Source of the DNA: Escherichia phage OES_C-1 | DNA length: 64,000 bases | Sequence record: PQ553088 | Direction: 5' to 3' (one strand) | Shown here: in pieces, positions 54,531 through 64,000 of the stretch | Numbering within the stretch: the first letter of the stretch is position 1 | Layout of the letters: every line of letters starts with the position of its first letter | Made by a program: the position numbers and the translations under genes | Notes under the pieces: generated by a model | The model's database searches: none | Seen by the model: only the letters and a program-made list of their open reading frames with translations | What the model was told of the DNA's origin: nothing

Positions 54531-55214
54531 TTATCGTTTTGTTGGAAGAGACAGAGGATCGCACTCTTCCTCTGACGGAGCATCTTCAAGACCCATAGCA
54601 TATCGCAAAGCATACTTCATCATCAGGATGTCTTTCGCACAGTCATGAATAGAATCATGTGCAACGAATCCATCTAAAGTTCCCTTTGGAAGAGGACACG
54701 TGGTCATATCACGAACAAGCAGAAGTGCTTCAATTCTGGTACGAATATCACGTTGATTCCAGAATTTACATGGTTCTAACTTAAATGTATCAAGCTCATT
54801 CTCAGATACACCATTGAGACGCTGAATATCGCGAATGAGATCGACTAAAATTGGAAAATCAAATGACATTCCACGGCACCAGCCTTGAGATTTCCAAGGA
54901 TCGATGTTATGTGCATTGATGTAATCATTAAATTTTACAATACCATCGATAGTGCTTACATCTTCATCTGATGGTGCAATATTTTTTCGAGCTTCAGGAG
55001 ACTGATTTTTCCACCATTCGATGGTGCTTTTAGTAAAAAGACGATGTCCTTTTTGGCTTTTTAAATCAAACTTGATTTTAATGCCGCGTGAAACTAATTC
55101 ATCAAACGTTTCAACTACTTCTGGGTTAGGGTCAAAGGCAATAACAGCCAAATCAATAACAGCTGCCTTTTCACCACTTCCCATTGTTTCAAAATCTATA
55201 ATAAAATCAAACAT
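54531..55214 (-). CDS. dexA: exonuclease A (DnaQ-like 3'-5' exonuclease)
   Basis: 227 aa; sequence recognised. Confidence 0.85.
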   Translation of the reverse strand: MFDFIIDFETMGSGEKAAVIDLAVIAFDPNPEVVETFDELVSRGIKIKFDLKSQKGHRLFTKSTIEWWKNQSPEARKNIAPSDEDVSTIDGIVKFNDYINAHNIDPWKSQGWCRGMSFDFPILVDLIRDIQRLNGVSENELDTFKLEPCKFWNQRDIRTRIEALLLVRDMTTCPLPKGTLDGFVAHDSIHDCAKDILMMKYALRYAMGLEDAPSEEECDPLSLPTKR

Positions 55215-55489
55215 TAAATTTTCCTCGCTAAATCGCGAATTTGACCTACAGTATAATCTTGGATATAAACTTTATTAATGGGCTCATCAATAAATTTTGC
55301 CATAGATTCAATATCTTTTTGTATCTCTTCAAGACTGTATACTATCTTTGAAGCTTTTTCGCGAATAGTAACATTATCAGGTCCTGGATTTTCCTCAATG
55401 ACAGCTTTAACATTTGTCATAAGAGATTTAAATTGGTGTAAACTTAATTCAATCATTAATAACCGCCTTATAAAGATGGCTAATTTCAC
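55214..55489 (-). CDS. hypothetical protein (91 aa)
   Basis: ORF track. Confidence 0.45.
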   Translation of the reverse strand: MKLAIFIRRLLMIELSLHQFKSLMTNVKAVIEENPGPDNVTIREKASKIVYSLEEIQKDIESMAKFIDEPINKVYIQDYTVGQIRDLARKI

Positions 55490-55709
55490 CTAAAACATAA
55501 TCACTAATTGTAACAGTTTTCACTTCGCCACAAAAGAATTCTAACGCAATCAAATCTCGTTCGATTTCTTCCAATTGAAGCATTAACTTGCCTGATTCAA
55601 TTTTCACGTTTTTGCGATTTTTACTATAAGCTATTTCATAAATTTCGCTCACTTTATCTTGAAGTAGATAAAACTGGTCTTTAGTTATTTCCACGAATAG
55701 CTTCCTCAA
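55449..55709 (-). CDS. hypothetical protein (86 aa)
   Basis: ORF track. Confidence 0.45.
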   Translation of the reverse strand: MRKLFVEITKDQFYLLQDKVSEIYEIAYSKNRKNVKIESGKLMLQLEEIERDLIALEFFCGEVKTVTISDYVLGEISHLYKAVIND

Positions 55710-55715
55710 ATTTAA

Positions 55716-57035
55716 TCATACATAAAACACATCATAACGACCACGTGTTACACCAACATAAAGAAGCTGCTGAGCTAGTTCAGCATCTGCATAATGAATG
55801 CAAGGTGTATAAATGAAAGCACGATCTACAGACATGCCCTGAGCTTTATGGAATGTTGATGCAGGAAGTGCTTTCACTTTACTAAACTGTGATTTAGCAT
55901 CCCAAAAATCACTCCACGGAGCTTTTCCGCCTTTATTCCAATTTTTATAAGTTTCTGCCGTTTTACCTAAAAATAAGTTAAACTTATACAGCTCTTCATC
56001 AGATGAAATTATTTTAATCTTTTCACGATAATATTCATCATCGCCGTAAGTTTCTACTGTTAAATCCCAATGACGAATTAGATATTCTCCAGGAACACCA
56101 CGAGCTTTAACAAATGTTGATGTATATTCTGCTTCTATAATACGAACTAACTGTCCGTTATTAAAAATAATTTCTGACACAGGCTTTCCATCAATTTTAT
56201 ATGTTTTAATTAACGGTTCCTGCATTACAATAATTTCACCGACAATAAAATCTTTATCAGTTTCAAAAATCTTTTTACGAATAATGCTATTTAACTTATC
56301 AACAGATTTATTCGTAAATGCCATTACACGATTTTCAAACAAATCATCTAGCGATTTTACGATTGAAAAATAATTTACCATAAAATCGCGTAAAGCGGTA
56401 TCACCAGTAAATCCACGTACTCCATGCCCGTCAACAATTTTATCATAAATCCACTTACCGTTGCGAACATCAGTAGCTACATCAATAATAGGAGCATTAC
56501 TGCGTTTAACTTCAGTGAGTTCACATTGATAAAAATCTTTGTGCGTAAAGAATGGACTGATATAAGCAGTGTTTTCTCCTGGGTCAACAGGTCTAATTTG
56601 CTTATTATCGCCTATTCCAATTATAGTACACCAAGGTGGAATAGTTGAAAGCAGAATTTTAAATAGCTTTCTATCATACATTGATACTTCGTCGCAGATT
56701 AATACTCTGCATTTAGCCAAATCTGGTACTTCTTTTTGCTCAAAAAGAACGTTTTCTTCGTATGTTACAGGGTTAATTTTAAGAATACTGTGAATAGTAC
56801 TCGCTTCTTTCCCTGATAGTTTTGAAAGAATCTTTTTAGCTGCATGTGTAGGAGCTGCTAAAATAATGCCAGTTTCGCCTGTAGATATTAAAGCTTCAAT
56901 GATGAACTTAGTAAGAGTAGTCTTACCAGTACCGGCAGGTCCATTAATAGTTACATGATGTTTCTTTTCTTTAATAGCCCTCATAACAATGTTAAAGGCA
57001 TTTTTCTGGCCTTCGGTCAAATCATCAAATGTCAT
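55716..57035 (-). CDS. dda: Dda DNA helicase (SF1B)
   Basis: 439 aa; Walker A GPAGTGKTT. Confidence 0.95.
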   Translation of the reverse strand: MTFDDLTEGQKNAFNIVMRAIKEKKHHVTINGPAGTGKTTLTKFIIEALISTGETGIILAAPTHAAKKILSKLSGKEASTIHSILKINPVTYEENVLFEQKEVPDLAKCRVLICDEVSMYDRKLFKILLSTIPPWCTIIGIGDNKQIRPVDPGENTAYISPFFTHKDFYQCELTEVKRSNAPIIDVATDVRNGKWIYDKIVDGHGVRGFTGDTALRDFMVNYFSIVKSLDDLFENRVMAFTNKSVDKLNSIIRKKIFETDKDFIVGEIIVMQEPLIKTYKIDGKPVSEIIFNNGQLVRIIEAEYTSTFVKARGVPGEYLIRHWDLTVETYGDDEYYREKIKIISSDEELYKFNLFLGKTAETYKNWNKGGKAPWSDFWDAKSQFSKVKALPASTFHKAQGMSVDRAFIYTPCIHYADAELAQQLLYVGVTRGRYDVFYV

Positions 57036-57343
57036 CGTAAATTCCCTGCAATTGGTATACTAACAATACGCCCAGTATCTAGAATTCGTTGATATAATCT
57101 TTGTGTATCTACATCAGGCTTAACATGTTTAACTTCTATTTTATTAAACCAAAATTTACGTGGAGTCTCAACTAATCTTGGAATTCCTTTACCTAAAGCT
57201 AGTCGATACTGCTCTTTAAGAGTGGTAAATACTTTATCAGCAATCTTCCATTCAAAAAATACAGCAGGACGATGTTCATCAAGCGGAACTGGCGCCGTAA
57301 ATCCGTCTTTGTCTCGGTAAACTATCGCATATACATAAACCAT
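57032..57343 (-). CDS. hypothetical protein (103 aa; dda.1-like position)
   Basis: ORF track. Confidence 0.5.
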   Translation of the reverse strand: MVYVYAIVYRDKDGFTAPVPLDEHRPAVFFEWKIADKVFTTLKEQYRLALGKGIPRLVETPRKFWFNKIEVKHVKPDVDTQRLYQRILDTGRIVSIPIAGNLR

Positions 57344-57344
57344 A

Positions 57345-58091
57345 TTATCCTCGGATAAGTTTAAAAATTGAACAATTTAGCGGGTATCCTCTTTTCAGTT
57401 TAAGTTTATCAATAAAAGACAAATTTTGATACCGCTCTACACCTTGAATAATTTTATCACACATATCATATTGCATTTCTGCTTCTGACAGCTTTTTCAC
57501 AATTTTCCAATCCGAGCCTTTAAGAAGAACGTTCAATTTAACAACTTCAGCGCCTTCTGCTATGCGAGAACCATCAATACGTGCTTTAAGTGCTATAATC
57601 CTTAGCTTAATGTCAGAGGTCTGTTTTGATTTAGAAAGCTGAGAAATGTGTTCAATTCGGTTTTCACGTTTTTTCTGTATAGCTTTAATTTGATTATAAG
57701 TCTTTTTGATTTTAGCCCATTTCTTTTCATCTAAATTTAGTTTATGAACTTTTTTCGCAGATGAACGACCAATTCGCAAAGCAAATAAATCACGCTTTTC
57801 AATCAACTCTTCTAAAGTATAATCAGAACGAAATGTATTATACTTTTTCTTTACTGCAATAACATTCCCTTTAATGTATCCAACGTTATTATCAAAACGT
57901 TCTAATGATAATTTCTCTCCTTCAATACGATTATCAAAAGGTTCTCCCGAGTAAGCACAAACTTTTTGATCTAAAATGTTCTTAATGTAATTGAAGTCTA
58001 AGTTAAAATCTTTAGAACGTCTTTTTGCAGATGCCTGAGTATGCTCTAGACGACGTTTAATTTTACGAATTTGGTTATTAGACAGCTTCAT
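57345..58091 (-). CDS. srd: Srd-like basic protein
   Basis: 248 aa, lysine-rich; position between dda and modA. Confidence 0.6.
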   Translation of the reverse strand: MKLSNNQIRKIKRRLEHTQASAKRRSKDFNLDFNYIKNILDQKVCAYSGEPFDNRIEGEKLSLERFDNNVGYIKGNVIAVKKKYNTFRSDYTLEELIEKRDLFALRIGRSSAKKVHKLNLDEKKWAKIKKTYNQIKAIQKKRENRIEHISQLSKSKQTSDIKLRIIALKARIDGSRIAEGAEVVKLNVLLKGSDWKIVKKLSEAEMQYDMCDKIIQGVERYQNLSFIDKLKLKRGYPLNCSIFKLIRG

Positions 58092-58213
58092 ATTTTTCTC
58101 ACATCTTACGGACGGTTAACTACTTATACTATAACATTTTTACTTCAGCTTGTAAACAACTTTATGAAAAATGCTTTAAAACTTTCATGGTATAATGAAT
58201 CTAAGTCCTTCCA

Positions 58214-58816
58214 TTATAGATTAAATCCTTCAAAGTCAAGAGTATAGATAGTGTACGTTGAATACTTTTTATACTCATATCTATCTGCAATTCTAAATAC
58301 ACTTCCAGCTGGTATCATTACTTCTTGTTCATCTGAAACTAATTCCATATTACGATAGCGATGGCTATCTGGAAACTTAAAACTTGGACTATATTCTTTA
58401 CAACGTAGAGCTTTTATAGCATACTCCTGGAAATTAAACACCATAGGAGCTTTGAATTCAAAAATAACTTGTGTGTTGTATTCTAATCCAGAAGCAAAAT
58501 GTAGAGCTATATTTTTATCATATGAAGCTGATACTACTTTATCAAATGTAATAATATCAATTCCTTGATTTAACACCTGTTTAGTCTCAACTGGAACACC
58601 TCTCCAAAGAGGTTTATCGTTTGGAACCAAACGAGATTTGACTATTTCATTTAACCAAGAATGATCGTCTGGTTTATTAGTAATACAATGAATTAAAAGT
58701 TCAATTTCAGATAAATTAAATCCTTCAGAAAGTAATTCTTCACGAATAGAAGCACGCACCGATGCATCCATTGATTTGATTTTAAAATCTTTTAATTGCA
58801 TTGCTGAATATTTCAT
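58214..58816 (-). CDS. modA: ModA ADP-ribosyltransferase
   Basis: 200 aa; R-S-ExE motifs (LWRGV, SASY, EQEVMIP). Confidence 0.85.
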   Translation of the reverse strand: MKYSAMQLKDFKIKSMDASVRASIREELLSEGFNLSEIELLIHCITNKPDDHSWLNEIVKSRLVPNDKPLWRGVPVETKQVLNQGIDIITFDKVVSASYDKNIALHFASGLEYNTQVIFEFKAPMVFNFQEYAIKALRCKEYSPSFKFPDSHRYRNMELVSDEQEVMIPAGSVFRIADRYEYKKYSTYTIYTLDFEGFNL

Positions 58817-59448
58817 TCAACTACCTCAATATCATACACTTTAAATGTTCCAAATGAATCGTGTAATTTTTCTTTTGAAATAGAAGTTATTTTATACTTT
58901 CCAATTGGAATCATCCATTCTTGTTCACGTACAATCATCATTAAGTTATCAGTACGTTCTGAATCTAATCCATCAGTATCTTCATATGTATACTTAAACT
59001 CAGTATTAGGAGAAGAAAGTATAATATCGCTGATATGGTCAGAATAATTAAAAGCTTTATCAGTTTTTAAGCGAAATATTATTTCAGTGAAATACTCAAC
59101 ATAAGAAAAACCACACGCGGTGTGCAAACTAGTAGTAAATGAATCTACCCTGTTCGTTGAAAACACTTCTCCGACTTGTAAATCTTTAATGAGCTCTTTT
59201 GTCGATTTTGATATACCACGATATAGCTGATAAGGCGATTTAGTTAAATGCTTTTTAACGATTTTATTCAACTGCCGATGAAGAGCTTCATTCTTTTTGG
59301 CTTCCATACACTGCCAAAGAACTGACTGTTCAAAGTCAGTAAATTTTTCACAGACCTTTTTGTACATATCATATTGAAAATCAACACTTTCAGCTTTTAT
59401 AGATAACTGTTCAACATCTGCAAGATTAATAATCATGATAGCCTCCAT
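58813..59448 (-). CDS. modB: ModB ADP-ribosyltransferase
   Basis: 211 aa; R-S-ExE motifs (LYRGIS, FSTN, EQEWMIP); upstream of modA. Confidence 0.8.
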   Translation of the reverse strand: MEAIMIINLADVEQLSIKAESVDFQYDMYKKVCEKFTDFEQSVLWQCMEAKKNEALHRQLNKIVKKHLTKSPYQLYRGISKSTKELIKDLQVGEVFSTNRVDSFTTSLHTACGFSYVEYFTEIIFRLKTDKAFNYSDHISDIILSSPNTEFKYTYEDTDGLDSERTDNLMMIVREQEWMIPIGKYKITSISKEKLHDSFGTFKVYDIEVVE

Positions 59449-59503
59449 ATACTTCAGAAGCTATCATATCATTGTTAGGAAGGAAAGTAAACAACTTTTT
59501 GAA

Positions 59504-59686
59504 TTATTTTGCCCAGGGAGCCCAAGGCGGAGGGTCAAGATGGTATGAAGCTAGTTCTTCTAGAAGAGCATCTGGGGCTTCAATTCCATAATTCTGTAAT
59601 ACTATACGGTACTCTTTCTTATAATCACTAGAATCATTCTGGTTATTCGTAGAATGATTATCTTCTAACATCTCAAATAAATCCAT
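59504..59686 (-). CDS. hypothetical protein (60 aa)
   Basis: ORF track. Confidence 0.4.
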   Translation of the reverse strand: MDLFEMLEDNHSTNNQNDSSDYKKEYRIVLQNYGIEAPDALLEELASYHLDPPPWAPWAK

Positions 59687-59694
59687 ATTAATTC

Positions 59695-60165
59695 CTAGCG
59701 ATAAAAACCAAATTGACGATTAGCTTCAATAATCTTTCTTTCTTCTTCGGACATTCTCCAGCGTAGTCCAACATCAAAATGAGCCCAGACCATCTTAACA
59801 AATGCATTTATATCTTTAATATCTTCAATAATGAATGTTTTACTTTTCGAAGGTTGACTCGCTAATTTAACTTTATCGTCTTCAAACAGGTCAAAAAGAC
59901 CATATTCATGAGCTCTTTTATAGCCTTTAATAGTTAAAGCTTCAGAAGAAGAAAACGGTGAATCAGTATTCTGCAAAATATCTTCAGTATGCTTTATAAT
60001 TAGAATAACATTTTCTGGATATTTTCTTTCTTTTATATCTTTAATTAAAAGATCCGGATTTTCTGCTAAAGGAATAATTAATGAGCACTTTTTATCAAGC
60101 GTATTTACTGATTTACCTTCTTTAGACATAAATTCTATTGAATAATGTTTTGCTACTTCAATCAT
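59695..60165 (-). CDS. hypothetical protein (156 aa)
   Basis: ORF track. Confidence 0.5.
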   Translation of the reverse strand: MIEVAKHYSIEFMSKEGKSVNTLDKKCSLIIPLAENPDLLIKDIKERKYPENVILIIKHTEDILQNTDSPFSSSEALTIKGYKRAHEYGLFDLFEDDKVKLASQPSKSKTFIIEDIKDINAFVKMVWAHFDVGLRWRMSEEERKIIEANRQFGFYR

Positions 60166-60322
60166 GTGATTTCCTCTTGCCTACTAATGGGCCGTCAGGA
60201 ATTTTGTTTTCCTGGATATATTTCTCATTTTCTTCCATCATTTTACTACCGATTTTAAGAAGCAAATCCATTGCTTCATTTGCTTTAGCTTTAGCCTCTT
60301 CTAACGTCATATCTCTGTTCAT
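60158..60322 (-). CDS. hypothetical small protein (54 aa)
   Basis: Not in ORF track; ATGA overlap with upstream stop and 8-nt overlap with downstream start. Confidence 0.35.
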   Translation of the reverse strand: MNRDMTLEEAKAKANEAMDLLLKIGSKMMEENEKYIQENKIPDGPLVGKRKSHD

Positions 60323-60522
60323 GATTTATCCCCATAGATGTCTCTCATCAATTTAAGCGCTGAGCGTTCTAATTTCTTTTCTTTCTCGGCACTAATCATT
60401 GATTTCATCCATTCTTCTGATTCGTTCTGCATTTCTTTATTTGCTTGTTCAACCCAACCATCGTCAATGTACATTGAGTTTGGTCTATTGAACCATTCAA
60501 ACATTTTCTTCAGAACTTTCAT
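60319..60522 (-). CDS. hypothetical protein (67 aa)
   Basis: ORF track. Confidence 0.45.
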   Translation of the reverse strand: MKVLKKMFEWFNRPNSMYIDDGWVEQANKEMQNESEEWMKSMISAEKEKKLERSALKLMRDIYGDKS

Positions 60523-60994
60523 TTATTTTACCTAAAACAACAGTAGGAGCATCGTCAAATTTATGAATTTTTAGCAAATTTGGATTTAAATTATTCCATA
60601 AAGAGGTAATAAAATATGATAGCGCATTTTCTTCCGTAATTATAAATTTATTTCCCTTATCTATTTTCCAGTCATATATTGAATCATATGAATATAATGG
60701 CAACGGTTTATTGTTATAATATGCTTCAGCAACATCAATATAGTTAGATTTAGTAAATGCCTGAATTGACATAAATGGAGAATTTCGTACAGTTTCAATA
60801 ATTCCGATCTTTTTAAGTTTTATTTCAACATCTTCTGGAACTGGCATTGAAATAAAATCTTCTACTAGATACATGCTATTATCATATCTTTTATCAATCA
60901 TTACTGCTACGGTAATTGGAACGTCTTTAGCAAACGACATACTATTACTGCTAATATACATTTCAAACAAAATCGCTTCCATAATTTTCCTCAA
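60497..60994 (-). CDS. hypothetical protein (165 aa)
   Basis: ORF track. Confidence 0.5.
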   Translation of the reverse strand: MRKIMEAILFEMYISSNSMSFAKDVPITVAVMIDKRYDNSMYLVEDFISMPVPEDVEIKLKKIGIIETVRNSPFMSIQAFTKSNYIDVAEAYYNNKPLPLYSYDSIYDWKIDKGNKFIITEENALSYFITSLWNNLNPNLLKIHKFDDAPTVVLGKINESSEENV

Positions 60995-61329
60995 TCACAA
61001 GATGTAGATGAACAACTAGAATCACAAGAACTTCCACACGAATCGCCCGTCCATACATGAACAGGAACATTAGTGTCATATGAATCAGAACTAGACTGTG
61101 TATTCTGCGTATTAGATGATGTAGGTGTTGACCAACGCCAAGGATTTTTATAATATTCCTGGGCTTCTTCATAAGTCATAGTAACTGCTTCTACTGTTCC
61201 ATCTCCCATATAAACATATTCAACTACAGTTAAAGGAAGGTAGTCATTTGAAATAGGAACTACACCTTCTCCGGGAGTTGTAGAGAAAAAATCCGTAAAG
61301 AAACTTTTAAACCAATTAAAGATAAACAT
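60991..61329 (-). CDS. hypothetical protein (112 aa) with Cys/Ser-rich C-terminus
   Basis: ORF track; ...[18 protein letters not shown]. Confidence 0.5.
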   Translation of the reverse strand: MFIFNWFKSFFTDFFSTTPGEGVVPISNDYLPLTVVEYVYMGDGTVEAVTMTYEEAQEYYKNPWRWSTPTSSNTQNTQSSSDSYDTNVPVHVWTGDSCGSSCDSSCSSTSCD

Positions 61330-61535
61330 TACAAAAAGCCTCTTTTGAATTCGACTTGCTTCTCGCCATAATCATATCGAATCTCTGCGTTAAATTCGAC
61401 AGAACCATCTGCGTACATCATAAATGAATGCACAACAACTTCTGTAGACCATGGTTGTAGTTCATATTTCTTCATTACATGCCGTGAAATGATAATATCT
61501 AAATCTTCATTTGGTTTAATCCAACGATTTAACAT
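61329..61535 (-). CDS. hypothetical protein (68 aa)
   Basis: ORF track. Confidence 0.45.
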   Translation of the reverse strand: MLNRWIKPNEDLDIIISRHVMKKYELQPWSTEVVVHSFMMYADGSVEFNAEIRYDYGEKQVEFKRGFL

Positions 61536-61557
61536 AGTGCTCTCCTCTATAAGATAA

Positions 61558-61593
61558 TTCTATTATACCATACTCATTTTGGAAAGTAAACCA
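61558..61593 (-). promoter_or_regulatory. T4 early promoter
   Basis: gtaaac 61586-61591 and tattatacca 61561-61570 (-10 TATAAT on minus). Confidence 0.5.
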
Positions 61594-61596
61594 GTA

Positions 61597-61625
61597 AAAT
61601 GAAAAAAGGACTCCCGAAGGAGTCC
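61597..61625 (-). terminator. rho-independent terminator downstream of soc
   Basis: ggactcccgaaggagtcc hairpin (same sequence as at 8102-8119) followed by a U-run on the minus strand. Confidence 0.55.
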
Positions 61626-61631
61626 TTGAAT

Positions 61632-61877
61632 TTATTCACCAGTTACTTTCCACAAATCTTCGTTCGCAGTAATCCATTCAGTACGTTGATTTTCTTCATA
61701 TACTGTAGAATATGCTGCTTTTTCTGAAGGGAATATCTGATAATGAGCTCCAGAAATTTTGTGAACGTCAGAATAAAGAGGGAAAGCTACAGAAATTTCC
61801 TTTCCTTCAATTTTCTTATTTCCATCTAATTTCTGCTCAAATGTTTTGATATTAACATAACCGCGAGTACTAGCCAT
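61632..61877 (-). CDS. soc: small outer capsid protein
   Basis: 81 aa; sequence recognised. Confidence 0.9.
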   Translation of the reverse strand: MASTRGYVNIKTFEQKLDGNKKIEGKEISVAFPLYSDVHKISGAHYQIFPSEKAAYSTVYEENQRTEWITANEDLWKVTGE

Positions 61878-61893
61878 GTAATTCTCCTTTTAT

Positions 61894-62103
61894 TTAAATT
61901 ACATGATTATTTATAATAAATTCTTGCGGAACGTTAAAATACCCAATTTTAGTTAATATAACAACATCACCGTTAATAATTACCGGAGAATAATCGGCTG
62001 GAGCATTAAACTTCCAATGGGCTCTAATATTATATCCATCAGAACCAAATGCTCGACTAGCCGGTCTCCCGGCTTTTTGCCATGCATAAAAATCAAATTT
62101 CAT
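61894..62103 (-). CDS. hypothetical protein (69 aa)
   Basis: ORF track. Confidence 0.45.
   Translation of the reverse strand: MKFDFYAWQKAGRPASRAFGSDGYNIRAHWKFNAPADYSPVIINGDVVILTKIGYFNVPQEFIINNHVI
61908..61915 (-). promoter_or_regulatory. late promoter TATAAATA for soc
   Basis: Reverse complement of tatttata ~30 nt upstream of the soc ATG. Confidence 0.55.
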
Positions 62104-62300
62104 TTTGAATGCTCTATAATTAATTTTAAGGCTTCTTCATGCACCTTACCTAATTGTATATGTCCAGTTTTAATTGTGTAAGCTTTGTGGAGCTGATTAG
62201 ATAGGAGCTCGTATGTGAGCTCCTTGTCATAATTTTTAAATAGCTGGTCAATACGTTTCTTGTGGGCTTTCTTAAGTTGACGTTTATTTAAACGAGCCAT
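62100..62300 (-). CDS. hypothetical basic protein (66 aa)
   Basis: ORF track. Confidence 0.45.
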   Translation of the reverse strand: MARLNKRQLKKAHKKRIDQLFKNYDKELTYELLSNQLHKAYTIKTGHIQLGKVHEEALKLIIEHSK

Positions 62301-62818
62301 TAATAACCTCGGTCTTGACGAGCGAAGTTTTCAGCATTTTTCAGATAATAAAGTTTAAAGATTTCTTCAGCCGTAAGACCGAGACCTTGGAACATGTTCA
62401 GAACGAAATGAAGAATATCAATCATTTCGAATTTAATTTCCAACTGGTCTTGTGGAGACAAATCAGTAATCAGAGTTTCACGTCGTTCACCATGTTGAGC
62501 TTTCCAAGGCTTCCATACAGCAGATGCATCTTTTTCACCATTGCTCATACCACCAAGAGAAGTCAATAGTTCGCGGAATTCATCATCAATATAATCTTTC
62601 TGATTACGCAGCCAATCAACAACTTCACCCGCAGTAGCCAAATCATCAGGATGACGGTTATATTCAGGTTTATCTTTAGCTAAACGAACCTGTAGAGATT
62701 TCTGCATATCAAGCATAACCTGCAGCGGGTCTTTTTCATCACCGAGAATATCCCAGTATTCATTTTGAGCTTTATCAGCGCCTTCGATCAGTTGACTACA
62801 TTCGTTAAAGTAAGCCAT
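62300..62818 (-). CDS. 56: dCTPase/dUTPase (MazG-like NTP pyrophosphatase)
   Basis: ~172 aa from MAYFNECSQ; sequence recognised as T4 gp56. Confidence 0.85.
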   Translation of the reverse strand: MAYFNECSQLIEGADKAQNEYWDILGDEKDPLQVMLDMQKSLQVRLAKDKPEYNRHPDDLATAGEVVDWLRNQKDYIDDEFRELLTSLGGMSNGEKDASAVWKPWKAQHGERRETLITDLSPQDQLEIKFEMIDILHFVLNMFQGLGLTAEEIFKLYYLKNAENFARQDRGY

Positions 62819-62878
62819 TATTTTTCCTTTCAATTCATTAATAAGTTAAATAATTATATCATTTGAGTATGTAAGCAA

Positions 62879-63864
<986 letters not shown>

Positions 63865-64000
63865 AGGGTTTTCAGTTTTTGTGTATTCTTTTAATTTCTC
63901 TTTATCTTCTAAATATATTCCAACCGAATCAATAGCTGTACCTCCACCAACTTGGTGTTTAATTTCAATTATATGCTTTTTACCGTTGCGAGAAATAACA

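Overview
This 64-kb window is a contiguous segment of a T-even (T4-like, Tequatrovirus-type) coliphage genome, recognisable gene by gene from the translated ORFs. Minus strand, left to right: a partial Alt-like paralogue, alt, DNA ligase (30), the 30.x block, rIII, 31, cd, pseT, a spanin pair, alc, rnlA, denA, nrdB, nrdA, td (split by a group I intron carrying I-TevI), frd, 32, 59, 33, dsbA, rnh. Plus strand: the late long-tail-fibre operon 34-35-36-37-38 and holin t. Minus strand again: asiA, arn, motA, 52, ac, stp, ndd, denB, rIIB, rIIA, 39, motB, dexA, dda, srd, modA, modB, soc, 56, dam. Several features point to a T2/T6-type phage rather than T4 itself: nrdB has no intron, gene 39 is one uninterrupted 606-codon gene, gp38 is the glycine-rich T2-type adhesin, and gp37 ends in an intramolecular-chaperone-like domain. 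I do not see a clearly novel multi-gene system. The most noteworthy deviations from the T4 reference, judged from memory and not verified by any search, are: a 417-bp segment with a 115-codon ORF at the frd/td junction bracketed by 8-bp direct repeats; a second Alt-like gene downstream of alt; and a set of short ORFs under 60 aa that the ORF track misses (stp, ac and others), most of them coupled to neighbours by ATGA overlaps. Gene identities rest on recognition of T4 protein sequences and motifs; names and exact starts of the small ORFs are uncertain.
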